Shown piece by piece: positions 13,028-26,849 of a DNA stretch of 64,000 bases. The stretch is from Podarcis melisellensis. Its lineage: Eukaryota. Numbering within the stretch: the stretch's first letter is position 1; each line of letters starts with the position of its first letter. Made by a program: the position numbers and the translations under genes. A model generated the notes under the pieces. That model was not told where the DNA came from. It did no database searches and saw nothing but the letters and a program-made list of their open reading frames with translations. The DNA lies in NCBI GenBank assembly GCA_964234715.1, contig OZ174279.1. One strand, 5' to 3'.

Positions 13028-14934
13028 GTTTGATTGTAAAAATAAAAACCTCAAAGCGGTTTACGAAGGGAACAAAGCAAAAAAATTATCAGTTAAAATA
13101 ATAGTTAAAAACAACTTTTCAAAACTTCCAAAAATAAAATGAAATTGGGAATAAACTAAAAACAGATTAGCAATGATCTGAAAACAGATTAATTAGGTGT
13201 GTGCTGAATTGAATATATCCCAGAACCCTCTGGAATTCATGGCAGATGACTGAGGGCTTCCTTAGCAGACAGATCAATGGAAAAAGAATTCCCAGAAGCT
13301 ATTAAGTTTGAAAAACACTGGTCTAAAGAGTGAATTGTATCAGTGACTCCTGCAGAGCTGTCTACTGAAACAAGTAGGACACATGTCCCACTGTCACACC
13401 TAGCCCCGGACAGGGCACTGGAAATTAATTACATTTGTTGTGCCTGTCTGTATTTGGACCTGTAGGACAGGACAGCGGAATACCTGACATTTCATATGTC
13501 TCCCACATATAGGACAGATGATGGTAACATTGGCAGAAAAATCTAGGTTTAGTAGCACCTCATATCCCCCATTGTTGGGCTTGCATATCTCCTGTTGTTT
13601 GAAAAAAACCAGGAAGGATGGTCTTATCCATGCACTGTGCATCTCCGTGACTTGTCAGCATTTTGTGGCATGAGCCCAATAAAAAGACAGTGGCTTGGCA
13701 TCAGATTGAATTAATTGAATGTAGCTCCTGTTGAAATCACTACTTAAGCTCCATTTATTTTAATGGGAATTAAGTTCAACTAGCTTAATCTGGATCCAGC
13801 TCATTCCCTAAAATGTGTAGTAGCATTTTCATGTCACTATCATGAAATCACCATGAATAGTTTACATCCTTATTTAATTGAACCATTGTTAGGCCATTAT
13901 ATCCCAAAAATGGAACTGTGATTTACAGGGCAATCTTATACATTCAAGTCCCATCAATTTCAATGTTTGTAAAAGATTGCATCTTTAATGCCAATTTACT
14001 AAGCAGGATCTTAAACACCTGCTTGAAGATGGTTTAAGATTCTGATTAATAAAGTGAAAATAAAGCATGGTTCCCTATTTTGCATGCAATCTAACTGCGG
14101 TTCTGTTAAAAGAGAATGTAAACACTGAGAAAGGGAGAGGTGAAGAGGGGGGTGTCATCCTGTTGCTGATATCCAGTTGCTAAAGAATTTTTTTTACCAA
14201 AGCCACTTTGTGAATCTGCCCCTTCGTGTTTAATTCTGTGCTTTAAAGACCTGGAAAATCTCAGTAGTAGAACAATGGGTTTGCAAAAACAAAATAAGTA
14301 GCTATCATAATACTGAGCAGTTCTGTTGTGCATGTCCGACTTGCTCTTTGAAAGGAACACAGGATGTTTGCAGCAGGCTATCTAATGGTGCCATGTAGCC
14401 AATTAGTGCATGAATAATACACTAATATTTTCATAATAGTAGATAAAGACACAGTTAACCCTAGTAGTTTGGACTCTGACACTGTATTCAGCAAAGAAGT
14501 TTTGACTAAATGTTTGTCTTGCTAGTAAAATAGTAGAACTTCATGCATATGGTCATTCTAAGAATTACTGTCATACCTTCTGCTAGGAAGGTGAGTATTC
14601 ACACAAGCCTATGTTGCGTCTATTCAAAATTAAGCCATCAAGTTCAATGAGACTTACTCCCAGGTTAGTGGATATACTACATTTACTTGAGAATAAATCC
14701 CATTGAACAAAGTGTGCCTTACTTCTGAGTAGACATTCTGAGGATTCTGCTGATGTCCCCTTCCTTAGCACAAGGTACAAGGGTATTTATCAGTTGACAT
14801 GTATAGGAATGTTGTTGTGCTGTTTTTTATTTTACGTGATCTTCTTTCTCATTGGTTTCATCTTAGTCAACATTTGTGCTCATACTTCTTTTTTAAACTA
14901 CCTGATGACTCTTTCTGTGTTTTTTCTCCTGCAG

Positions 14935-15159
14935 TTTTCTGGTTAGTTTTATGGTTGATGCACGCGGGGGTTCAATGAGGGGCAGCCGTCATCATGGCAT
15001 GAGGATTATTATTCCACCGCGTAAATGCACAGCGCCCACTCGCATCACCTGCCGCTTGGTAAAGAGGCACAAACTGGCCAGCCCTCCACCAATGGTTGAA
15101 GGAGAAGGATTGGCTAGTAGACTGGTAGAAATGGGGCCTTCCGGAGCACAATTTTTAGG
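14935..15159 (+). CDS. ANK3: Ankyrin-G ZU5-A exon (exon 27 equivalent)
   Basis: gcag|T TTT CTG...TTA GG|gtgagt; 225 nt; [31 protein letters not shown]...GAQFLG with the spectrin-binding DAR motif. Confidence 0.98.
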
Positions 15160-15847
15160 GTGAGTTGTTCTGTGAATCGTATTATTGGCTGCCATTTTGC
15201 ATCTATAGTTTTGCTTTCCTTTACCATATGGATCTAAGTTGTTGGGTCTTTTAAAATTGAAATAACTTGAGGATTGGAGGTAGGCTTCCACTCCTTTTGC
15301 TAGGTAAGCACAGGACTGTATTTTTATCTTAGGCCAAATTCTCTATGGTATCATGAATAATTTTTCCTATGGTAATATGTTATGTTTAAGGGGTGAGTGG
15401 GGGGGACCCAAAACCTTCTCTCTTATTCTTGATTCATGCAGATATGTATACAAAGGCAGGATGTTGGGAGCACTGCTGAATTACATGCCCAGCACCCAGT
15501 GATTATGGAATGCCATTGATTTCTAAAGGAGTACTCTGTACAAACTATCCACTCATCCTCGAGAGCTGCAAACATTTACCAAGAGAAGAATGTGCAGCTG
15601 AATGTGAATTTTGTAGCAGCTACTCTGAGCCGTATACTAACACAAATGCCAACAGCAGACTTTTTCTTTTCCAAAGCTAACATTAGGGGAAACAATCCAC
15701 TATGATATGGGAGTACATAAATTTATATATGATGATAAATTTTGTTCATTACCATACATGGTCCCCAGTAGAAAGTTCTGTCGGGAATGACAGTTTGTTC
15801 CTAATTTCCCCTCTTGTTTTTCTTCCTGCTGCATGGATGTTATTCAG

Positions 15848-15946
15848 TAAACTGCACCTTCCTACCAATCCTCCCCCTCTAAATGAGGGTGAGAGCATGG
15901 TTAGCCGAATCCTGCAGCTTGGGCCTCAAGGAACAAAATTTATTGG
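15848..15946 (+). CDS. ANK3: 99-nt cassette exon within ZU5-A, a paralogous duplicate of the 3' part of the preceding exon
   Basis: ttcag|T AAA CTG...ATT GG|gtagga; symmetric phase 2; KLHLPTNPPPLNEGESMVSRILQLGPQGTKFIG, resembling the ANK2 insert KLHLPTAPPPLNEGESLVSRILQLGPPGTKFLG. Confidence 0.88.
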
Positions 15947-18900
15947 GTAGGATGTTTCTAAGAAAAGATATCAAATGTCTACAGTTCTTTTCTTTTCTTT
16001 TTATTTAATTCCTTTTTGTTCTGACTTGCTTTTTTTGTTTTGTGTTTTGGTCATTCCCATTATTTAATTTTTTATTTTTTGGTTCACAACAACAACAAAA
16101 GCTTTCAGCTGATTAACCGTCACTGAAAGAAAAAATCATAGTGGCTTGATTTTATTCTAGCACTGCTCCTGTAATTGATCTTGTGCTTCTAGGCATGTGG
16201 AATTCACGGCAAGCATTTCTGCTTTCATAACTTTGTGCTTTTTTCCTATGTTTTAACCAATTTTGACTGTTTCAGCTGCATTGACTACACCTTTTAAAAA
16301 GCACTACAGCGACACCACACACATGGTCCTGTTTTAGTTCTGTTGGTAGAGAAGGTATTTGCATGGTTTTGGAGCCAGCTTATGGCACAAATAAACAGCT
16401 TTGCCAAATTTGGACCAACAAGGAAGTCTTTGTAAGATAGGGGTGGTTAAATATAAGCTTAAGACAGTGGTGTTCAAACTGTCTCCTGCAGGACCCTGGG
16501 ATTTTATCACAATAAGAAGATCAGTAATGGTGGCCAGGCATTCCTAAAAATACAAGTTCCTCTATTACTGACCTTCCCCAACATTGTGCAACCAAGTGGG
16601 AATGTTCCAGTGTGTAAACTCAGCTCATGTGAGGCAGTAACAAGGTCTTAACATATCAGTTATAGCATGTAAGAGGGGATCTTACAATGTGCCATAGAAC
16701 CACCCCTAATATCCTGAGCTTCCATAGCAGATAAAGTTATGTTTTCTTGAGAGTGGGGAGTCCATCTCCCTTGCCATCTGCTACTGACTTAAAAGGAAGT
16801 TCAAAAAAACACATTCCTAGAAATTTTATCTGCATCTGAAGTCTGTGATGTTTAATGTAGAATGTTATTCTGAATTCTGTGTTCTGCACATTCCCAAGGG
16901 CCCTATGAATGGCCTGAGAACATCTGAGGCCATAGCATTATTGAAGCTGGGGAAAGTTTCCAGAGGTTGCAAGATATAAGTATAATTAATATATACCAAA
17001 ATCTTCATGTGCTTGAGTACTCACAATAGATACTCATTCTTTACCTTTAACTCTGGGCCAAACTAGACACAATCGTACTCATGCAAATAGCAGTTGCTGG
17101 TGATTGTTGTTTTTATATAAAAATAAATACTTAAGCACCCTGATGGGCGGGAGGTAGATCCAGATCATCAGCACAGTGGGGAAAAATATTTTTACCTCTT
17201 GCCTCCATTGTGGTCTCAACAGGATTGTTACTCCTGCACAGCTGCTATTTGCAATGGGAGGAAACTCCCAGTTGCATGATAAACATCACTTCTATTTTAG
17301 CTCTTTGCTTTCAGACAACTGTAGCTCATCACGTGGGACTCACTTTAGAATTTTAAGAAGCATGAAAAGTCTGCCTAAACACTAAGAACTTAGAATTTGA
17401 TCTCCTAATTCCCCATCCCGCCAGTTGTCTATAGCCCAAATGTATAGGTGGGTGACTGCTTCTTGGTTCATGATGTACTCAGAGAGTGCCTATGCACTGA
17501 GAATGCCACTAACTCTCTGTATGTATCTTGAAATGCCCAGGAGTGACAGTTTGGCCACCCCTGTGACCCAAGTTCTGTCTTGTTCAATAAAATTCAGTAA
17601 ATGATCTGGTTGAATAAGATTGTTGAAAATGTTAACCCTTCTAAAACTGAATTATATTTCAGGTTTGAAAACAAAGTATGAATTTTGTGTATATCTATTT
17701 ACAATTATTAGAAAACTGTGATATTCATATTTAAAATCTTGGGAAGATTTTACTATTTTGACTGCCTGCCTTCAGAGGTTGTGAGGTTCTAACGTAGCAT
17801 GTTGTTCCAAGTCCTGTGTTCAATACCTGTCTAATACCTTCTCTGTGAGTATTGTTTATGTTCATGCACAAACTGTGTGCGTCTTATACAGAGAGACAGT
17901 ATCTGAAATATTCGCCTGCAAAGATTGTATTCATAGGATAGCTTTCAATGGGGTTAAACATTTTCAGTTTTGCAAGGCCTGCACAAACCTTAGGCAAACA
18001 AGTGGAACTGCTATCATCCATCTCTTGTTGAGATGATAGAACCAATAACCAAATGCAACACTAGAAGATTTGGCACTTCACAAAAATAAACCCACAATCT
18101 TGTCAGAAATGGAGCACTTTTTCATCCCATTGGGGTGATTTAAACAATGGCTTAATGCACCCATTGAAATCAATGTGATTTAAAAGTGATTAGCTGGGTC
18201 ATACCCTAAATTGCCTTAAAAAAATACTGCTATTACTGTTTCTGATTCTCCCTTGTAAAAGAAAAAAGTGTACCAGCTGGAGAAAGTCTCAGCTAGTACC
18301 GCTGCTACTCTTTGATGTTTATGCAGAGTGGGGAGGTGTTCTCTCTCTCTAGATATATATATGAGCAGAGCTAAGTACAACCTCTGTGGGAAATTAATGA
18401 TACTGTCTGTTTAAATGTCTTAAGGCTGCATAATCCATAATTGCTCGTGTTTCTCTGATGGAATACTTCAAAGACTTTCCTTGCCCATGAGCAAAGATTT
18501 CCATTTTATTAAAAAAGAAAAAAAGGCGTGGAAAACAACCTGTTCGTTTATTACACTGGCCACTTAATTATGCTATTGTAATCTTTGGTTGAAGACACAC
18601 AGTCAGGTAGCACTAGGTGTATTATTTAAATAGGGGTGCAAATGTATCCGACCAGCTACCCAAGATAAATACAGCTACATAAGATCATGGTTCTATCAGA
18701 GGCCTACACAACTTTTTACCCACTAAGCTGAGCACAGCTCACCAGATATGTATGGTTGACCATCAGAGGCTGAATAAATCTCTCTTTCTGTTGTTAACAT
18801 GGAGACAGGTAGGAGGGATTGCAAGCCCTTCACCACAAATATGTGTGTTTGGTTTTAAAAGGTCAGAGGTTGTGCAGGCCTGTTCTACTGAATTCATCAA

Positions 18901-20900
18901 CGAAGAGCTAGACCACCGATTAGTTAGCTGTTTGAATTGGTGCCCATTGTGAAAGTGTGGAAGACAGAGAGACCAACATAGGCCAGAGCCAGCGACAGAT
19001 GGAGCAAACTAATTCTACTTTTGTAGAATTCTACTAAGTTCTACAAGTGCAAACTTATGCCAGGGAGAAGGAAGTGGACAGGCAGCCCCAGACCCTGGAC
19101 TGATTCTAAGTAAGAAGGACCAAAATATTTCCTCAAATCCTCCAGGTTAAGTTGTTGAGCCAATCTTTTCTACATTCATAGACTAATACCAGTAGGGTTT
19201 TTTTGAGATATGAGGAAGATCACGTCAAGCCATTCTGACATGCAGTGACTAAAACTGCTACAGTTTTGTCCCCATACGATCAATATTTACCATGGGCTTT
19301 AGTATATGTAATGCTTGAAAAGAAACACATGCTCACACAAATGGTGCTGGAGGAAAATAGGAGTCACAATACAGGTTCTCGTAGCCCAGTCTTATGCAGG
19401 CTTATTCCCCACTGAACTCCTCGTGCATTGGGTTGCGCTGCACGTTATTTTATAAAATTAGACTGTATCTATTTTCAGTTGCATTAATTCTTTGTATGAA
19501 AGATTTCATTAGATTAAAATGTACACTTTCCATTAAAGTCAATGTAAATATGGCATGCCAGCAAAATGGAACTTATGTTTGCTTGTTTTTTGTTTTATAT
19601 CTGACTGTGTCTCTTCTACACCTTAGAATCAAGTTGGTCTTTGCCTATGCTGGTGCATCGCCCGTTGATAATTATTAAAGGGCTGTGTGTATTCTGTGAT
19701 TCTGTGCAAGGGCAGAAAAGTAGAGACTATAGTACTGGGTGCCAAATTCAACTTCCAGAGACTTTCAGTGCTCTCCCTGGTTGTTGTTTTTTAATGTCTA
19801 GCCTTTATGACTGTGCAAATGGACTTGAAATTGCATGGGTAATTAAGATTGCCCAGTGGTAAGAGGATGGAACTTCAGTGCTTTTTTATATCCTTCTACA
19901 TCCTTACTTCTCCCAAGATTAAAACATATTTAAAGTTATTTAGTGTATTTAAATATATTTAAATCAGGCAAAGGGAGCAAAACTTGCAAATCTGGTGAAT
20001 TTCCATAATATATATTGGCTGGGGAAATGAGCTTTTCTTTACAATATATTTGAAAAACTTGGTGTAAATTGTCAATTCTCTTCTCTCCCCACCCCATTTT
20101 CTTTATTTTAAGTCAAAGCCCCCACCCAGCCCTAAGTAAACAGCATTGCATATGCACAGAGTTGTTCAAGCACAAGAAAAGCAATATTCAAACTCTGAGA
20201 GAGTTTCACTTTTTAGAAACAATTTTTAAAAGTAAGTTTGCAGCTGGGTGGAGAGCATCAGGTGAAGTCTCAAAACAAAGTGTTGATAAACAAGATTTCC
20301 AGCAATCCAGGGTCCTGTGCATCAGTGCCCTGGCATTGCTTCTTCCTGTGACTAGCAGAAGCAAAATAAATTGTACAGACTCAAATAAGTTGTCCAGATT
20401 GGCTTAGGTTGCATATTAATGCTGGTTGAAAGAATTCAGCTTTTCTAGACCCAGAACATGGGTTACTTTGACACAGCCAAATGTTTATGTGTGTTAAATG
20501 CCGAGTACACACAGCCCTGAGTAAATAGCATTATGTATGCATAGCCAAGTGCAGGATCTAAGCTTGCCTGCTGAAACCCTTTCTTTTTATTTGCTTATAT
20601 GCATTTTTGTAACTTGTTTTTGTTGTCTGTGTAAATTGATGTATGTCAGCACTCCTGTGCGTGCTTATCTAAGTGTGTAATTGGAGTGGATTATTGAAAA
20701 CAAAAACAAACAAACAAAAAAACCTTGCAATTTGAATTGGAAAGGGTTTTGCAGCTTTGCCAGTTATTAACCATTTCCCCCCATGAACGCACTTGTAGCT
20801 GTGTGACAGACAACTCTTGAGTAAGGGAGCAGCACTTAGTAAACTGAAAAAATGCATGTACAATATGAATTGCTTCTTCTTCTTCTTTTATTTGGTGTAG

Positions 20901-21055
20901 TCCTGTCATAGTGGAAATCCCTCATTTTGGATCGATGCGGGGAAAGGAAAGAGAACTGATTGTGCTTCGAAGTGAAAACGGTGAAACGTGGAAGGAACAT
21001 CAGTATGACAGCAGGCATGAAAACCTCACTGAAATACTGAACGGCATGAATGAAG
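20901..21055 (+). CDS. ANK3: Ankyrin-G exon (exon 28 equivalent), ZU5-A
   Basis: gtag|T CCT GTC ATA GTG GAA...GAA G|gtatat; 155 nt; [33 protein letters not shown]... Confidence 0.97.
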
Positions 21056-22520
21056 GTATATATGCACTGTTACTGTTTTGGCCTGGGCAAATAGCAAGTA
21101 GAAACATGTGTTGGGTTTGTTTTTGAATGATTAAAGTTGAATTAGGCGGTGACTATACAAATAGCATTACCACAGTGCCATGTGGCATGGATATAATACC
21201 ATATATGTTTACTATGCTTGCCAGCAGAAAAATACATAACCATCCAATCAAAGAACCTATTTGCAGTTAAGAAATATATTTCAGTATCCCAATTATTTGT
21301 TACAGAAGTGAATTAATGGTACTCATTTAACTTAAAAAGTATTACTGCAGGTACCACTGCATAATTTCTCTAACTTCTAGTTTTTGTTTGAATATCCATT
21401 ATTTCCCCTCTCGCTGCTATTTCTGTTTATGCCAGGGTTAGAAAATGTTCACAAGTATTCAGTTGGAAAATTTGTGTTCACCTGAATTGCTGCCAGTGGC
21501 AGTAAGCAGGAACATGCTGAGTCAGACATTGCTTTCTCCATGCAATTGTGAGTGTAGGAAAGGCAGAGAAACTGACAAATGTTTGAAGAATCAGCCCTAT
21601 GTGGTATGGCATGGAAGCAGCATACCTAAGTGATGCCATCTTGATTGACTTACAGGAGTGGTCTGGGTATATTATGACTTATTTGTTATCTAACTTCAGT
21701 GGTGAGATAAATTAAACCATCCATTCAGTGTACCTTTTCCCTTTTATGACGGAATAATTACTGGGTTTGATGAAAGCAGCACCATCTACTGGCAAAGCTA
21801 GATATTAAAATCAAAACGTAATTTGTAGACCTGTAAAAATGGAACCAGCCTTTAAAAGTGGAACACATAACCCAGAAATGTTGCACATTGAATGGTGAGA
21901 TATTCATTTATTAAATGCATAAATAATATTTTTTATATTCATCTGGTATTTCCTCAGATCAGACCACCATGAGCTAATCTAACCAACTGAGTTATGAGAT
22001 ACTTTTCATCTCCCAATAAACCAAAACCCCCAAACAAAAAAAGTTTGGATTCAGATTCACGTTTTGTTCCTTTCATTAATACACCTTTCTGTCATGAGGT
22101 TGATTTTAAAGGTGATTACTTAGCCTTTTATCAGATCAAAATGAAATAGCCATGTTGAACCAGAAAGGGGTAAATAAGAGTAAATAAAATAACATCTTTC
22201 ATGTGGTCCAATCAGTATTCACAGTGCAGTCTGTGCATTATTGCCAGTTCCACTGAATTCCTATTCAGGCTGGGTGTTCAAATCCAACAAAACTGATGTT
22301 AAGTCTAGCTTGCCGTTACAGATTTTTTTCAGCCTTGAAATGGAACAGGAAGAGGTTCTCCCAGAAAACATTACATTGAGGACAGGATATGCATTAGTAT
22401 TCAAAGCAACCCGAAGACTTTCTTGGACAAGGCTGAAACTCTCTTTAAAAGCCCACTCATTATACCTGAGCAGTAATATTTATAAATATTTATAAACATT
22501 TCTGATTTCCCCCTGCATAG

Positions 22521-22732
22521 AATTGGACAGCGCAGAGGAACTTGAGAAGAAACGTATCTGCAGAATTGTCACGAAGGACTTTCCTCAGTACTTTGCTGTG
22601 GTTTCACGAATTAAGCAAGAAAGCAACCAGATTGGTCCAGAGGGTGGCATTCTGAGCAGCACAACTGTGCCTCGGGTCCAGGCTTCCTTCCCTGAAGGAG
22701 CATTAACTAAGCGGATACGAGTGGGCCTGCAG
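22521..22732 (+). CDS. ANK3: Ankyrin-G exon (exon 29 equivalent), ZU5-A/ZU5-B
   Basis: atag|AA TTG GAC...CTG CAG|gtaata; 212 nt; [33 protein letters not shown]...KRIRVGLQ. Confidence 0.97.
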
Positions 22733-22913
22733 GTAATAAGATGAGCCTTTCTTTGCATTTTTGGAAACCAGAAGTAAGGTTTAATGGGGCTGGATCAGAT
22801 GATGTACCTCCCTAGATCTGGCCTAACAGGTTGAGGGAAATGAGTGCCTGCAGCTTCAGCCTGCCCACCATTCCTTCATGTAGACACAAGGATGGATTAT
22901 GCAAATGCTGTCT

Positions 22914-22992
22914 TGTTGTTGTTTAGTCGTTTAGTCGTGTCCGACTCTTCGTGACCCCATGGACCAGAGAACGCCAGGCACCTCTGTCCTCC
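22914..22992 (-). mobile_element. 5'-truncated RTE/BovB-type LINE 3' end
   Basis: tgttgttgtttagtcgtttagtcgtgtccgactcttcgtgaccccatggac (reverse-oriented BovB-like 3' tail); exact 12-bp TSD caaatgctgtct at 22902-22913 and 22993-23004. Confidence 0.85.
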
Positions 22993-23932
22993 CAAATGCT
23001 GTCTATATGCCTATAGTTCAACATACGTACACACACACACACACACAGATACACACACACACAATTCCTGATATAATGAGGAAATTAACCACATTTCATA
23101 CCTGCATGCATTGAACCTTGCATGTGTAGGCAGCATGTGCAAATGGCAGAGGTGGGACAGTGAGCAGAGGACCTGTCCGCACGCTCCCCTCTACATAGTA
23201 CACCAGTTCCTAAGAGGTGTACTGTCCAATCTGGCCTGTTAATAAAAGGAGCAGCTCTTCTCCCTCCTGCATGGGAAACTGTAGCTGCCAAAATGCCCAC
23301 TTCTGTGCAACTTGTTAAAAGCTTACCTATCCTGCCCACCTTAGCGTTTGGTCATCCCAATGAACCTTATTCAGACCTGTAGTATAAGCATCTGCTAAGC
23401 AGGGAACAGCGGCACTCTGGAAATCCAGATTTTTACAGCAAATCCACCTACCTACATAAAACAGATATTTGCACTTTGCAGTTGTTGGATTTTAGTTAGC
23501 TCCCCCATTTCAGTGAACCAGATGACATTGTTGAAATTGATAAGAATACCAAAAAGAAGAAGAAAGCTAACTTTGAGTAGACCCATTGAAAACAATGGAT
23601 GTAACAAATTTAGGCTCATTAATTCAATAGGTCTTCGCTGAGTAAAAGTTGAATACAACCCGAAGTTTGGGACTTGTTGAATTTTACAGAACTCTGTAAT
23701 GGAATTTTACCCTAAAATCCTGGATTTGTGTAGCATTTATGGTGTATACCAGTAACAGAAATTTTACAGAAAAATAACATCTAGGTAAAGTATGGTACTA
23801 CTGGAAGGAATTTTTTTATTTTGTTTCGACTATGGCAGACCAACATGGCTACCTACCTGTAACTATAAACTGCATGTTTGAGAATCTTATATCCCATGAT
23901 TTTAAAATCTCTTTTTCCTATATTGAAAATAG

Positions 23933-24140
23933 GCTCAACCAGTTCCAGATGAAACAGTCAAGAAAATCCTTGGTAACAAAGCAACATTCAGCCCCATTGT
24001 CACTGTGGAACCAAGAAGAAGAAAATTCCATAAGCCAATCACCATGACAATTCCTGTGCCACCCCCATCAGGGGAAGGGATAACCAATGGATACAAAGGA
24101 GACACGACACCCAGCCTTCGGCTACTGTGTAGCATAACAG
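23933..24140 (+). CDS. ANK3: Ankyrin-G exon (exon 30 equivalent), ZU5-B
   Basis: atag|GCT CAA CCA...ATA ACA G|gttagg; 208 nt; [43 protein letters not shown]...LRLLCSIT. Confidence 0.97.
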
Positions 24141-24817
24141 GTTAGGCAAAGGCATAAGGAAGGGCATCTCCATTTATTCAACATATCTTTTCTAAATTGG
24201 GCAAACTTTTCCTCTTCCCCTCTCTCAAGAGTCGCATTTCCCCCAGGAGCATCTCCATGGTACTGCATATCACATATGGAATCAGCCAAAGCCAGCAGTG
24301 TGTGGGGTCATCACCTTTCTCTCTTTTTGTCACGCCCCCTTTTCTCCACACACACACACCCAACACCCTTTCTCTCTCCTTAACTGTCCCCCTTCTTGTC
24401 CAGTGGACTGCTGGGGTGGAGACACATGGCTTTGGCCAAAGTCCAGAATTGACGGTTTTGCAGGGAGCTTTTGTAATTAGACACAGGGGTTGCGGTGTTG
24501 ATCTAGCACCACTGGTTACCCATCCCTCTGCAATCCTGCAGAGGTGAGGACCAGCTCTCCCCAGTTCTGCCCTGCCCTTCTGCAATCCAAGCACTATATT
24601 GCCCACCTTAAATATTACAGACCTTTCATGTCCTTCCCTCTGGAAAGGAATCCATTCCATATGATCACATTATATGAGTGTTTCAGAAACTTCCCACACC
24701 AATTATTATGTATAAATAAAACTAAGATAAAGTGCAAACCTAAAGCACTATTTCAGATCTATGTAAAAAATCAGTTCCCTTTAAACAAGTGGGACTTATG
24801 CATCTTTTATTTCCTAG

Positions 24818-24914
24818 GAGGTACTTCACCAGCTCAGTGGGAAGACATCACAGGAACCACTCCACTGACTTTTGTAAATGATTGTGTCTCTTTCACAACC
24901 AACGTTTCAGCCAG
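24818..24914 (+). CDS. ANK3: Ankyrin-G exon (exon 31 equivalent)
   Basis: ctag|GA GGT ACT...GCC AG|gtacag; 97 nt; [33 protein letters not shown]. Confidence 0.97.
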
Positions 24915-25686
24915 GTACAGTAAAAGCAAATGAAGCACAAATAATTATACTTTATTAAGGCATACAGGTTGTATTATGAAGATCAGAATAACCTGAGTGA
25001 TACACAGTGGAATAACTAGCTCAATAGCAGGACTTTTTTGACTGATGGGAGAGGAGAGGAGCAAAAACAGATTCATAACTAGGGATGTTTACAAAAAAAA
25101 AAAAATCCTGCCATCTGAATTTCTCCTCAGATTTTGGTGTTCCTAATCACATCTTGTTGTTTTTAACAGAGTGGCACCAGTGCCTTAGTAATCCACCATT
25201 CTTCCAATATTGATATCTAGATATTATACAGAGGAGCAGTTTCCACAACATTCAGTTCCTTCTGCTCACTGAGATCTGTTTTTTCCACACACGTCACTAG
25301 TGTGCAGAAGTGCTTGTTTGCCAAGGAGGTGGCAGATCTGGCCTCCAAGGTGTGCACCACAGCCGTCAGCAGTGGAGATTTCCGTTTTCCTAGATTACAG
25401 AAAACCAACACAGCACATTATGAGCAGACCAGAAAAAGTAATAAATATTGCATTGAACCTGTCTATAACATGCTTTTTGTCTGACAGTTCTCAGATCAGG
25501 CACCTCCAAGTTTTGACAGAAATTATTTATAAGTATATATAATAAAAAGTAAGTTAGAAAACCCAGGAATGTGACTTGGTGCTGTTAGCTGGAGAGGCAG
25601 TTCAAACCACAGTAAATTTATGGTGGGAAATCACCATTGTATGAAGATGGACTGATTGGTCTTTACATCTATGTATGTGCATCCAG

Positions 25687-25915
25687 ATTTTGGCTAGCAG
25701 ACTGCCATCAAGTTCATGAAACTGTCGGGTTGGCCACACAGCTTTATAGGGAATTAATATGTGTTCCCTACATGGCCAAGTTTGTCATTTTTGCCAAAAT
25801 GAATGATGCGGTGGAATCCAATCTGCGCTGCTTCTGCATGACAGATGATAAAGTCGACAAAACTTTGGAGCAGCAAGAAAACTTTGAAGAAGTTGCAAGA
25901 AGTAAAGATATTGAG
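25687..25915 (+). CDS. ANK3: Ankyrin-G exon (exon 32 equivalent), ZU5-B/UPA
   Basis: ccag|A TTT TGG...ATT GAG|gtatac; 229 nt; [37 protein letters not shown]...SKDIE. Confidence 0.97.
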
Positions 25916-26520
25916 GTATACCATCATTCCACAGTAAAGGCCTATTGTATATCTACAGGCTTTGTGGGTGCTTTTAAAAATATATTTCTTTCTAAAAGTT
26001 ACAGTTCATATTCTAATAAAGAATAAATTGTGTCTATAAACCTGTCAATACAGTAAACATCACTGTGTTTATCAGGTAGCTTGGCCAATTCAGATATTTC
26101 AGGCACTTTAAAAGCAGTCTATTCACAGCTGTCAAGACAGTTACAAATTTCCTGCATCTCTAAACAAATTCAAGATTGCATTGTCGGTAAAGTATCAAGA
26201 GACATCAAAACAATGACTGTCGTCAGTTTAATTTTTCTACACCTGAGTCCAATAAGCTTGAGCATAGATGCCTAAGGATGGATATAATATGCCCAGTCTT
26301 GCTAAACAAATGCTTCCAATACATGAATCTATCTGTTCAAAATGTTTTATTTAATTTGAATGGAGTAAGATGCTAGTGTAATTCAGTTCATGTCTTCCAG
26401 AACCAGGGCATTGCTTACCCCCTTTCTTCCTGGTACACCTAGGCATGACGGACAAGTAGTGGAACGTGTGAACTTAACTTTCACATTGTCCATGAGTCCT
26501 TTTATCAGTTAGAGGGGGGG

Positions 26521-26521
26521 A

Positions 26522-26593
<72 letters not shown>
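26521..26593. repeat. (AAAG)n tetranucleotide microsatellite
   Basis: About 18 perfect units. Confidence 0.97.
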
Positions 26594-26849
26594 AGTAAAG
26601 AACTGAGCTTGCCAGCTGGCTGTTGAAGGGTCAGTTTAGAAATAAATATCTGTAGTCTTGACTGACCTTCCCCCCACACCAAAGAACATACCACACATCT
26701 CTTCCTGTTGAAAATACTGCAGTGAATCCATGTTGAAAGGCAACTTTAACTGTGGGTTTAAATAGTAATTTAAAAGTTGGGATGCTTACTGTTTATTGCA
26801 ATAGTTCGGCACGGAAATAGATCTAACAGATTTATTGTTGACCCAACAG

